From assembly GCA_043228905.1 (NCBI GenBank), contig JBHGNT010000014.1, positions 11,532,001 to 11,596,000 of the forward strand: a DNA stretch of 64,000 nt, given 5' to 3'. Of the stretch, positions 1 to 10,444 are shown piece after piece (the stretch's first letter is position 1; each line of letters opens with the position of its first letter). This DNA comes from Azolla caroliniana (lineage: Eukaryota; Plantae; Polypodiophyta). The position numbers and the translations under genes are program-made. The notes beneath the pieces are model-generated. The model made no database searches. It was not told the DNA's origin and was given only the letters and a program-made list of their open reading frames with translations.

Positions 1-27
1 GCCACTTGCCAGAACTACGAGGTTCTG

Positions 28-873
28 GTGGAGGACAAACGGGCAGGAAAGGACGGAGGGGTCGGACCCCCGAGGTATGAGACCCGGTTCGGACCGAAAC
101 CAACCGGTGCCGGCAACCCAGGCGCGCCAGACGGAAAGAAGCAGGCAGGGTTTCGGTTGAGCACCGAGATCAAAAGGACCATAGACCTGCGAAAGGTCCT
201 GGACAAACGTATCCACAACAGCAAAGTGGAGCTGTCATTGCGGGAGGTGCTGGGAATCACCAAGAGGGAGTTCCACGACTCTATCGAAGACTTGGTGAAG
301 CGCAAGAGGCTCTCGACGGAGCTGGAACCGGAGAAGCCGGTGGAGGTACGGACCACACACCTGGAAGATGAAGCCCTGGAAGACGAGCTAGCGGGAAGCC
401 ACTACACGAAGCTGCATTGGGCTAGGGCGACTACGGAAACCCCTGTACGGATTGGGAACGTTCTGGAACTGGTGGTGGCATTGGTAGACCATGGATCCGA
501 AATCAACCTGATGTCCATGGATTTCTACAAGAAGGGTAAATGGCCGATCAACACCAAGCATGATTGGAAGATACGGGCAGCGACGCGCGCCACGGAAGAA
601 CTACATGGGGCCTGTCCGAACGTACGGGTGAAAATCGGCGATGTCGAGATCGACCAGCCCTTCTTTGTGCAGGAGACGTCCTCGCATCCGGTTATACTAG
701 GAGAGCCATATATCACGGCAGCACAGATGGAGACCAAGGTGTTGGACAACGGTTCAGCCTATGCTAGAGTCAAGAGCCAGGATGGGCGTCACTCGGTCCA
801 GTTCCCAACGGTGCGACCAAACCACGAGCGTAACCGCGAGGCCCTCGGCAGCGAAACCCGAGGGGATTTTTAG
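28..873 (+). CDS. G1 Gag C-terminus plus aspartic protease (5'-partial)
   Basis: DHGSEIN active-site motif and a VILGEPY flap-like motif. The ORF ends GGG GAT TTT TAG. Confidence 0.85.
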   Translation: MEDKRAGKDGGVGPPRYETRFGPKPTGAGNPGAPDGKKQAGFRLSTEIKRTIDLRKVLDKRIHNSKVELSLREVLGITKREFHDSIEDLVKRKRLSTELEPEKPVEVRTTHLEDEALEDELAGSHYTKLHWARATTETPVRIGNVLELVVALVDHGSEINLMSMDFYKKGKWPINTKHDWKIRAATRATEELHGACPNVRVKIGDVEIDQPFFVQETSSHPVILGEPYITAAQMETKVLDNGSAYARVKSQDGRHSVQFPTVRPNHERNREALGSETRGDF

Positions 874-3200
874 AGAGGGCTATCAAGGCGTGGGGCCACG
901 ATAGTACGGACACCCGGGAACAACCCCACAAATGTACAGAGCGAAAGAAGACTTGTACCATGGGTAGGAAGTTTTGGTTCTCCGACAATGGAGGTTGTGC
1001 TATAACTGGCGTCAACGGCCGGGAGAGGAAGCGAGCGGAGGAGCGGTTCAAGGGATGCAGAGTCCTCTTCCCTGACGAAGGCATCAGGGGCGCCGTGGAG
1101 GCGGTCTCTTTTGACGACACCTTGGGCGAACTACGAAAGGTGATCAATGAAGACCTTAGAGAAGACCGGACCGTTCTGGTAGGATCGATGGGAATGTACG
1201 AAGTCATCGCGAACATCGGGGAAAGGATCGGGTCGGATCAGACGGCCCGCGTGGATACAAAGTACAAGACGGTGGACTAGAAGGTGAGGCCAGTCGCGGC
1301 ACCCTTGCCGGAGGGCAGCGAGGGGCAGATAAAAGGGGTTGCGTCGGACCCAAGTTTACGGAATCCGGCCGGCATAGGGCACCGGTTCACCGACATAACG
1401 CTACGGGAGCTCAAGGTCGGTGGGGGCGGCTTCCTACTGCCGGCGGAGGAGGACAGGTTTCGGAGAATGCTCGGAAGGCACGGGAAGGCTTTCGGATTCT
1501 CATCGGAGGAGATCGGGTGCGTAGACCCGAAAGTTGTCGAACCGATGGTGATCCTCACGGTACCACATGTACCGTGGAATCTCAAGCCAATTCCGGTGCC
1601 AAGAGCTCACATCCCGAAGTTGATGGAGCTCCTAAAGCAAAAGGTGGAGATGGGCATCCTCAAACCGTCGAGTGCCCTGTATTCGAATCGGTGGTTTACG
1701 GTGCCGAAGAAGAACGGCACGCTGCGCTTCATCCAGGACCTACAACCGGTCAACAGGGTGACCATCCGTAATGCAGGGATCGGACCGACCATAGACGAGT
1801 TCGCGGAGGCCTTCGCTGGAAGGTCGATCTATTCTGTCGGTGATCTGTACTCGGGGTATCATCAGTTCCAACTAGCCGTGGAGAGCAGAGACATTACGAT
1901 GATGCGGACTCCTCTCGGCCTAGTGCGGATGTGTACCCTGCCACAAGGAGGGACGAACTTAGTGGCTCACATGGTGAACGCGATGAACAAAGTGCTCAGG
2001 GATTGTATCCCGGACATCACCATGCCATTCATAGATGACATCCCGATCAAGGGATGCCCGGTGGAGAAAAGGGACGAGGAAATCGGGCCAGACGGATGTC
2101 GGAATTTCGTGATGTCCCACATCGATGACTGCGAAAAGGTGCTACAGAGACTAGAGAGCGCGAGGCTCACCTTCTCCGGGGAAAAGTCGGCCTTCGGACA
2201 GTCTGAGATCTTGGTGGTCGGACACCTGTGCGGGCCTTACGGTAGGAAACCGTCTCCGGCAAAGGTAGAGGCCATCTCCGCGATGAGGAACGATTGTGGG
2301 TCAATCACGGAGGTCCGCAGATTCTTGGGGGCATGCGTGTTCTACCACATCTGGATCCCGCACTACGCACATGTCGTGGAACCCCTCTATGGGTTATTGA
2401 AAAAGGGGCGTAGCTTTGAGTGGAGGACGGAGCACACGGAGTCGGTTCGGAGACTAAAGGAGGCGCTTACAGCAGCGCCGGCTCTCCGTAAAGCGGTTTA
2501 CGGCAAGGATGTTCCTATCTGCGTAACGGTGGACACCAGCCCGACCGGGATTGGGTGGGTAATCAGTCAGGAGGACAAGGGCGGCGTACGATTCCCGATC
2601 CGGTTCGGGGCAAAGGTATTAAGCGAGCGACAGCAAGGGTATGCCCAAGTTAAGCGCGAACTTTGGGGTGTCGTTTCAGCAATCAAGGCCGACAAGGATT
2701 ATCTGATCGGGACGGAGGTGATCATCGAGACGGATTGCCTGCCGATACTTGGCATGGTTTCCGGATGCGTGACACCGGACCTAGCAATGCTCCGGTGGAT
2801 AGCATACATTAAGTCCCTGAACCCGGAGATACGGCACATCTCCAGAAAGGACAACGTCATGGCCGACATGCTTTCAAGGGCAAGGTTCAACGACGAAGAT
2901 GGCATGGTTTCGGATGAGGAAGAAGTCGGCGAGGACTTCTTCGGGTCGGCTAACGTAACAACAAGGAAAGGGAACACTCCGGCGCTTAACGAATTTGACA
3001 AAAGCAGGTACGACAAGGAGTGGCTCCAAATCGGGAGGTTCCTATGGACGATGACGTCGGACGCAGCATGGGCGAGAGAGGAGGTGAGCCGGATACGGAG
3101 GAAGGCGTACCGATTCTTCATGCGGGACAGGTGCATATGGAGGCACCCAAAGAAGAGACGCGGCATTCCACTCCGAGTAGTAGCAAAGAAAGAAGAGTAG
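870..3200 (+). pseudogene. pol: G1 pol, RT and RNase H region, in the -1 frame relative to gag-pro
   Basis: The frame is open from 870 to a TAG at 1278-1280 (VD*KV; G2 has VEKKV). ORF 1284-3200 carries the RT and RNase H motifs and ends at a premature TAG. Confidence 0.9.
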
Positions 3201-4753
3201 GGGAAACTACTGGCGGCATTTCACGAGAGCCCCTGGACCGGACACCGCGGAACGTGTGCAACTTTCGAGAAGCTGAAGGAGAAGTACTGGTGGTCGGGGC
3301 TGTACCAGGACGTGCATCGGTACGTAACAACTTGCGAAAGCTGTCAGATGCACTTCGTAGTCCGACACCGGGACGAGCTACACCCGACCTATGCGCCTAC
3401 AGTCCATTTCAAGTGGATGGTCGACTTGGTGACGATGCCGATGGGGGTAGGACAGATGCGATACCTGGTGCTTGCACGGGAGGACTTAACGAACCAGGTG
3501 GAAGGCCGTGCACTGCAAAGCAAGACAACCGCGGCGGTATGTTGGTTCCTGATCGAAGAAGTAGTGTGTCGGTACGGGTGTGTCGGGAGGATCGTGGCGG
3601 ACCGGGTAGAGCTGGATGCGCGGGAGGCCGAGGAGTTGTTCGACCGGCTAGGCGTCAAACTCTCCCTCACCACGACGTACAATCCGGAGGCGAACGGAAA
3701 GGTGGAACGTGGGCATGGACCGATTGTAAAGGTGTTGGTGCGTGCATGCGGTGGGCAGGTCGGGAATTGGCCGCGACTCCTTCCTTACGCGCTATGGGCG
3801 GACCGGACTATGCACAGTTCGGTGACAGGGTTTATGCCGGCGCAGCTGATGTACGGACAAAAGCCGATCATGCCGGTGGAGCGGACAGTTTCTTTGTGGG
3901 CGGCGGTAGATTGGAAGGACGAAATGAGCTGGGAGGAGTTGCTGGCGGCGCGGATTCGGCAACTCGAGCGGAGGCCGGAGGACGTTACGGGCGAAGCAAA
4001 GGCTGCGAGCGGCAAGGGAGCGGAACAAGATCCGGTTCAACCAGACGCACCGATTGCGACCAAAGAAGATCGAGGAAGGCAACTGGGTCTTGGTATACGA
4101 CAACAGCCTCAACAATCAGGACAAGGCGGTGCAAAAGTTTGCTAGGAGATGGTTCGGGTCCTACATGGTGACGAGCGCGAACAGCAATGGCACGGCGGAC
4201 CGGACTATGCACAGTTCGGTGACAGGGTTTATGCCGGCACAGCTGATGTACGAACAAAAGCCGATCATGCCGGTGGAGCGGACAGTTTCTTTGTGGGCGG
4301 CGGTAGATTGGAAGGACGAAATGAGCCGGGAGGAGTTGCTGGCGGCGCGGATTCGGCAACTCGAGCGGAGGCCGGAGGACGTTACGGGCGAAGCAAAGGC
4401 TACGAGCGGCAAGGGAGCGGAACAAGATCCGGTTCAACCAGACGCACCGATTGCGACCAAAGAAGATCGAGGAAGGCGACTGGGTCTAGGTATACGACAA
4501 CAGCCTCAACAATCAGGACAAGGCGGTGCAAAAGTTTGCTAGGAGATGGTTCGGGTCCTACATGGTGACGAGCGCGAACAACAACGGCACGTACCACCTC
4601 GCGGAACTCGACGGGACACGGTTAGCGGTGCCGGTGGCCGGAAAGTGGATCAAAACTTTCAAAAAGCGATTCGAAGACGAGCCGGAGCCTACGAGCAGGA
4701 GCGACAACGACGATCAGTTCGGGTCCGGCGGAGAATCGGAGAGCAACGAATGA
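3201..4753 (+). pseudogene. G1 integrase, frameshifted and partly duplicated
   Basis: H..H/CESC zinc finger, WMVD, VADR, NGKVER core and a WFGSY (GPY/F-like) tail. Frameshift near 3990. Confidence 0.9.
3798..4590 (+). repeat. 397-bp tandem duplication in the integrase C-terminus
   Basis: GCGGACCGGACTATGCACAG occurs at 3798 and 4195. Paired ORF ends 4145/4542 and 4171/4568 each differ by 397. Confidence 0.95.
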
Positions 4754-4822
4754 GGCCGGTTTTCTTCGGTATCTACCCGTCTCTGGCGCATGCCGGTGGA
4801 TGCGCGGTTTGGTGGGGGTGGA

Positions 4823-5441
4823 TGTCGTGAAGAAAACCGTCCATAGGCGGAATTGGAGAGAAAGCGCGTAAACCGGCCCTTACATGGATGAACGCGTGAC
4901 TGGATACTTTGCACGCGAACCGGTGGATGTAACTACTAAGCCACACACATTTATTAGAGGGGATTGTGCATATCCCGGTCAGAAAGGGATAGGGAATAAA
5001 GGGAAGAGGACAAGAGAAAACGGGGTATCGCGCGCGAGGAGGTAGGGAGCGCTGATGCAGAACGGAAGCCCGAGCTCTCTCTACTGGAATCGTCGCTCTC
5101 TACGGGTGTCAGGAGGTCGCTGCCTTTGCTTCGTGGACAGCCCGTGTGCTTCCAGCAGAGTCGCTCCCTTTTCCCCTTTTGTTTTCTTCGAGTCGTGTGA
5201 CTGTCGTCGGTCTGCGTGAGTTGGGTCCCCGTGTCGGGTCCGTCGCCGCCTTGTCGGTTGTAACTATCGGAGTTTGTAATCTCTTGACATTATAATTAAG
5301 TGTTACGTTCTATATCTCGTTTTCTCGCTTCTACGTGTCTGTGGAACTATTCTGGATCCGTCCGTTCCTATTATAATTATAACTAAATAATAACTAATAC
5401 TAATATCAGTTCCAGACTTGTCCTCCATACTCTGGCCAACA
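4823..5441 (+). repeat. 3' LTR of G1 (TGTCG...CAACA), preceded by PPT GGTGGGGGTGGA at 4811-4822
   Basis: TG directly follows the purine tract. The CA at 5440-5441 is followed by unrelated Copia integrase sequence. Confidence 0.8.
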
Positions 5442-5627
5442 TTTCCAGTTTCTCGCTCTAAATGATTCTTTGGGTCTCAGGAGCAGGAGAAGACTTCGCT
5501 CTTCTTTTCGATCAAATAGATCCAAGTGTGTCGACTAAAATTGTCAATGAAGGAGACGAAATACCGACTCCTGCTGATGCTCACGTTTTGTGTTGGTCCC
5601 CACACATTCGAATGGATGAGATCGAGC

Positions 5628-6440
5628 CAATTCCATCTTTGATACTATAAAATACGTATTTTACGTATAGTACATAAAATATGTTAAATACTATAAAATA
5701 CGTATTTTACGTATAGTACATAAAATATGTTAAATACTATAAAATACGTATTTTACGTATAGTACATTAAATACTTCTAGATATTGAAAATTATTTACCT
5801 TTCTAAAAAATATTTGTAATATTGTAAAAAGCATCTATGTTTACACAATTTTGTGATGTACATTATAGTTTTACTTCCTAAAATGCATATAAGACATTTG
5901 AACATTTCACATCCTAAAATACTTATAATATGGATATCGACATTCACTTATTCTATAAATTAGTGTAAGTGTGTATCAGGATGTTCTACTTCAAATTGTA
6001 ATTATTTACGATTATGCCTTCATAGATTGAGGAATCGTCTACAATTATCACACTTAGGATAGGTTTCTATCTTCTTTTTTGTCTTCTTCATGTTCATGTT
6101 CATCTTCTATCTTCTGTGATTATGACACTCAGAGTCCGGACAGGTTTTTGTCTTCTTTTCTCGCTTTTTCGTCTATTTCTTCTTCTTCTTCTTCTTCTTA
6201 GTCATCTCTTATGTTCTTCTTCCTTCCTTCCTTTTGCTTCTTTTTCACTAAAATCTTTTTTTTCTTTTGATTTTTGCTTTTTATAAATACGTATTATACC
6301 TATTTTTTCAAATGTACGTTAAATACAGTACTGGACAAATGTACATGATATTTGACTAAACAACACTAAGGTAGAGTACGTACTATACAAATTATGAGGT
6401 ACTATATGTATTTAAACGTTAAATACGGGTACGTAAACAA
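5628..6440. other. AT-rich foreign insert with palindromic subterminal repeats; possible non-autonomous DNA transposon remnant
   Basis: Copia homology stops at ~5627 and resumes at ~6440 with about 230 bp of Copia missing. TACGTA and GTACTATA motifs cluster at both ends; the centre is TTC-rich. Confidence 0.5.
5643..5773. repeat. 46-bp tandem repeat, ~2.8 copies, each with the palindrome AAAATACGTATTTT
   Basis: Units start at 5643, 5689 and 5735. Confidence 0.95.
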
Positions 6441-7508
6441 CCATGATCATTAGTTTCGAGGATGAACATTCTTCCATCCTAGTGCCCTTGCGCGATGATC
6501 TGGCCTTCCTCCTCGATGAAGCATCCATGGTGAGTGAACCGGACATGCATACCTTGATCTATGATCTGACCAACCAAGACGAAGTTCTTGGTGATTGTCG
6601 GTACATGCAGGACGTTCCTCATGATTCCCTTCTGATCGACATGGCTCAGAGGCACATCTCCAATGTGCACGATGGGATGTGGGGTGTTGTCCCCAATTTT
6701 GACTACCCCTTGCTTCTCCGGCTTCTCGAGAAAGGAGAACCACTCTTTGTAATTTGTCATGTGGTTTGAAGCTCCATAGTCCACATACCAACTTCTTCCT
6801 ACTTCGAGTCGGATACTCCCATCCAGTTGGCCTTATGCTTCATTACGAGCCTCCAGCAAAGTGCGATCGATGATGTCTGTCCACGTCTCTCCGGCTTGAT
6901 CCGGCTTTGTCTGAATTAGCTCTCTTCTTCCAACACTCGCTTCCTCTATGGCCCTTCCAGCCACAATACCAGCATTCCATTTCGGCCTTTCCTTGCTGAT
7001 TTCCGGCTCTGCCGCCTTGACTCCCCCTACTTCCGGAGGGTTCGGAATTGTTGTTGGCACCATCTTTGTGCCTCCGATTCTGCTCATGTTAGCCACCTCC
7101 ATTGCACATCGATCCGCCTCGTCCACCAAGTCCATGGGACCTCTCTTCGTCCATGTACATCATCTTGTTGTTGGTGTGCGTGCTTGTCGACGCACCCTTG
7201 TGGTTCTCCTCTACAATGAGCATCAATTATAAGTTGAAAACTGAGGGCGTATTCTCCCTTGTACATACCGCTGTTCAGAATGCTCCGATATTGGATGCCA
7301 GGCCCTTGAGACAGACCTGGACCACCTAATCCTCCTCGACGGTCACGTTGAAGGGGGCAAGTGAATCGTAGATATCTTTGATTTGAGCCGTGTAGTCGGC
7401 GACCGACATGTCCTTCTGTTGGACATTGCTCAACTCCTATCAGAGTTCCAGCTTCTGGGCCATGATGCTTGCGGCGAAGACCTTTTTCAGGTTTCCCTAA
7501 GCTTCCTT

Positions 7509-7959
7509 TGTATAAAAGAATACGTGTGCGGAAGCGTATGCGAAAGACACAGAATACACGGTTCAAAAGTACGATAGTTCGGTAAAACGCAGAAATCACA
7601 AAGAAGGAGAGGGAGAGATAGAGAGAGACTCGAGAGAGAGAGAGAGCAAAGCAGAAAACGAAACTATGTTCAAAAAATAATTCTCTGTATGTTCTCTGTA
7701 TACATATTTCGTGCTCAATGACCACCTTTTATACAAGCCTTGACTATTGGGTTGACACAAGTACTTAAACTACTTGGCCGCTCATAAATGAGCATCCTAC
7801 ACATACCCCCAAAATTATTCCTTACGAGGAATAACATTCTAATGGCCTCTCGGTTTACACACCACTACAGCCATATTGTGCGTACGGTTTTACGCACCCA
7901 GTCTACGCATTGGGTTATGCACCCATTTACGCACCCAATGTTGAGCTTGTCTCTCAACA
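7509..7959 (-). repeat. 3' LTR of the minus-strand family A element (TGTTGAG...TATACA)
   Basis: Follows the PPT and carries TATAAAA and a CT-rich tract like other family A LTRs. Its CA end abuts mid-gag sequence, not a PBS. Confidence 0.85.
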
Positions 7960-8288
7960 CTCCCCCTCAAGCTCAACTTGAGGTTCCATCTGCTTTTCCG
8001 GATCTTTGCTTCGGCCTCTCCTGGCTTCACGCCTCGCTCGCACTCCTCGACCCATTCGATTGCGCACTTCGATCCTTTCGGTTGGCTTGTTTGTTCACGT
8101 GACCCTTCTCTGCTCCCTTGTTATCGCGGTGTTGGCGCCTCTTTCGCTGCCCTCTCCTCCACTTGGCCCTCAGTCGATTCTTAATGTCTGAATCAAACAT
8201 TTCGATTGAATCGGTCACTTCAGATTAAATTCCACTTTCGCCCAAATTGGTTATAGATCTCCAATTCGTCTTCTGTTTTCAGGCCCTT
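7844..8288 (+). repeat. Left copy of the ~440-bp direct duplication flanking the Penelope-like element
   Basis: GGCCTCTCGGTTTACAC...TTTTCAGGCCCTT recurs at 10445-10885 with scattered substitutions and a 4-bp indel. Confidence 0.93.
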
Positions 8289-8358
8289 TTTTGTTATTAA
8301 CCGTTCGGTTGTAGCAAGGAGTGCGGGTGACTTTGTGATATGGTAGATAATGTAATAG
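8285..8358 (-). repeat. PLE terminal direct repeat (pseudo-LTR), 3' copy
   Basis: CCTTTTTTGTTATTAACCGTTCGGTTGTAGCAAGG...ATAG is also present at 10371-10444 with ~3 substitutions. Confidence 0.92.
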
Positions 8359-8431
8359 TAAAAGAAGAGATTCTAAGCATAGAGGTGTGAGAGAGAGAAA
8401 CTCAAGAAATTTTCATTAAAATGAAAGGAAA

Positions 8432-8486
8432 GACCTTATGCAGCAAACTAGTTTCGCTCGCTTAGAGCTCATCAGTGCAAAAGGCC
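8432..8486 (-). ncRNA. Type I hammerhead ribozyme with a minimal, palindromic stem III
   Basis: The minus strand reads GGCCUUUUGCA-CUGAUGA-GCUC-UAAGC-GAGC-GAAAC-UAGUU-UGCUGCAUAAGGUC. Both core boxes, a 4-bp stem II and complementary stem I arms are present. Confidence 0.8.
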
Positions 8487-8519
8487 ATGGAAATACAAAT
8501 GGTGGTTTATATAGGATGT

Positions 8520-9250
8520 TGAGAATGGGGAAGGGAGGAGAAAGAGGGAAAGTATAATCATAGTGAGTGGGGTGTAATAAGAGTGTAAATAGATGGAAGG
8601 CTGTAGGGATTTAAGGTGGAAGATTTTGATGATAGGGGGGGTGGTGATAAAGGGGAAAATGAGTAGGTGATAGGAAGATTGATAGGGTGATAAGACAGAT
8701 GAGTGAGTGGGATATGGTGATAAAGGGAAATGAATGAGTGATAGGGTATGTAATTATAAGTAAACATAAGATGGTGAGAAGGTGAAAATTAAGGAAGGGA
8801 ATAAGAAGGGAAAGGAAGGAAAAAGAAAAAGGAAGTTAGTAAGAGGTGGTGGGGAGAAGGTTTGAGGGAAACGAGGGAAGAGAGAGAGTGTGTATAAAAA
8901 GGTAGTGAGAGGTATAGGGGAGGGGGAAGGGAGAGAGAGAGAGAGAGAGAACTATGGATTTTAGTGAAATGTGTATAAAAAGGTAGTGAGAGGTATAGGG
9001 GAGGGGGAAGGGAGAAGGGAGAAAAAATGGAGAGAGAGAGAGAGAGATAAGGAATGAGTGAAGTTATAAAATAGTAGTAAGGGAGAGAGAGAGAGAGAGA
9101 AATATAGATTTTAGTGAAATATGAGGGAATGATAGGGGGCTATAGATAGGAGGGAAGGGGAAAAGGGAGATGTGTGTGACTAGTAAATAGTAGTAAGGGG
9201 GAAGGAGAGAGGAACAAGGAAGGGGGATAGATGAAGGGTGAGAAAATATG
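8520..9250. repeat. GA-rich low-complexity tract (pyrimidine-rich 3' UTR of the PLE) with (GA)n runs and a ~40-bp internal repeat
   Basis: TGTGTATAAAAAGGTAGTGAGAGGTATAGGGGAGGGGGAAGGGAGA occurs at ~8889 and ~8970. Several AG runs are present. Confidence 0.8.
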
Positions 9251-9251
9251 T

Positions 9252-10277
9252 TTATGGGGGGTCTAGGATGTTTTTAGTTTTGACTAGAAAAGAGTGGAGG
9301 TTTTTGGATTTTGTCCAACAGATAATGGGTTTAGGGATACGTTGTAGTTGGGGATCTAATTGTATACTAGAGTGTAGGCTAGTGAGCATTTCTTTGATAA
9401 TTAGTGTGGGGGTATGACGAGTATATCTAAGTTTAAAGATAGTGGGTGGGGTGGTTTTTTTAGTTTTTTCTTTGAAGAGGAGAGTGTGTCTAAGGGAGTA
9501 AGGGTGTTTTCTAAAGTTCTTTAGAATAAAATGCGTGGGATAACCTTTAGGAGGTTTGTGTAGGATAAATTGTATTTCTATGAGAGACAAGATATTAAGG
9601 TTACAGTTGACTATGTCATGTGGTCGACTTAAAAGTTCTTCTAATGGGAGACTATTAATTTTTTTATATGTAGTGATGTCGGATAAATGTTCTAGGGCTT
9701 TATCTAGGTATGTTTTTTTATCGAGGACACAAACTCTGATGTTTTTGTCCGCTGGTAGGATGATTATTTGTTTATTTTTTCTAAGGCTGGTTAGTGTTAT
9801 TTGGAGGTGTAGTGGTATTTTGGTATTAGGCAGTATATTATTATGGAGGTTTGTGGAGAGAGAGATATTGTGTTTATGGAGTATAGACTCTAATGGTGGA
9901 TACTTTGTAGGAGGGTTCCAATTCGGGTTGGGTAGTTTGAAGGGATTAGAGGGGGGAGAGTTGAAGTCTTTAAAGAAATGTTTAAGTCTCAAGGATCTAC
10001 TAAGGTTTTGGTATTCTTGAAGAATGGATTGGTTAGTAGGTGGGGGATAGGGGGGTATAAACTTAAGTCCTAGGTTTAAAAGTTTGATTTCTAATTTACT
10101 AAGGGCGTAATTTGAAAGATTATGAATTTTGTTTTTTAAGACGGGAGTCGTGTCTATGGTGGGAGTAAGTGGTTTCCAAAACTTGTATCTAAGCCTTTTA
10201 GTGCGTGATTTAGTGTAAGGGTAGAAGGGGAAATGGAAGTAGCCGCTGCAAAAGTCATCATCTGTTGTGGAGGGAAC
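9252..10277 (-). pseudogene. PLE reverse-transcriptase ORF with the catalytic core deleted in frame
   Basis: The stop-free frame extends upstream of the listed ORF: IHNLSNYALSKLEIKLLNLGLKFIP...RSLRLKHFF...WNPP...IIILPADKN...YLDKALEHLSDITTY. It then jumps to GYP...KPIICWTKSKNLHSFLVK. No YxDD and no GIY-YIG motif seen. Confidence 0.82.
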
Positions 10278-10370
10278 TCAACATTGTATGGTGATTCAAT
10301 GTGAGTCGAAGTATCACTATTATGGGTTCCAAACTCCGATGATAAGCCCTCCATAGAAAATACGATCTAG

Positions 10371-10444
10371 CCTTTTTTGTTATTAACCGTTCGGTTGTAG
10401 CAAGGAGTGCGAGCGACTTTGTGATATGGTAGATAATGTGATAG
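10371..10444 (-). repeat. PLE terminal direct repeat (pseudo-LTR), 5' copy
   Basis: Matches 8285-8358. Confidence 0.92.

Larger units (their letters stand above)
1..5441 (+). mobile_element. Ty3/Gypsy LTR retrotransposon G1, 5' part outside the window; no chromodomain seen, Phygy-like by inference
   Basis: Domain order is protease (LVDHGSEINL), RT (YSNRWFTVPKK, DLYSGYHQF, PFIDD), RNase H (VTVDTS, ETDC, ADMLSR), integrase (zinc finger, YNPEANGKVER). A PPT and a TG..CA LTR follow. Confidence 0.95.
5442..7508 (-). mobile_element. Copia family A remnant (gag, zinc knuckle, protease, start of integrase), host of G1
   Basis: Minus-strand ASNHMT...VLHVPTITKN (6479-6784), gag GNLKKVFAAS near 7490 and an integrase VWGPTQN region near 5600, all collinear with element 16331-22214. 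Confidence 0.9.
8285..10444 (-). mobile_element. Penelope-like retroelement (PLE), internally deleted and non-autonomous
   Basis: PLE RT N- and C-terminal motifs, a hammerhead ribozyme in the 3' region and 74-bp terminal direct repeats. Composition is strongly strand-asymmetric, unlike the flanks. Confidence 0.85.

Noticed and set aside
1278-1280. TAG as a programmed readthrough site in Gypsy pol
   Set aside because: G2 has a lysine codon at the same position (VEKKV), so a point mutation is the simpler explanation.
5643-5773. Palindromic repeats resembling a CRISPR array
   Set aside because: The units are head-to-tail with no unique spacers, no cas genes are present, and the context is eukaryotic.
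7509-7959. A shared LTR between two tandem family A elements
   Set aside because: The LTR is followed by mid-gag sequence with no PBS, so this is a nested insertion.
9556-10020. Plus-strand 154-aa ORF as a gene
   Set aside because: It is the antisense shadow of the PLE ORF and has no recognisable motif.
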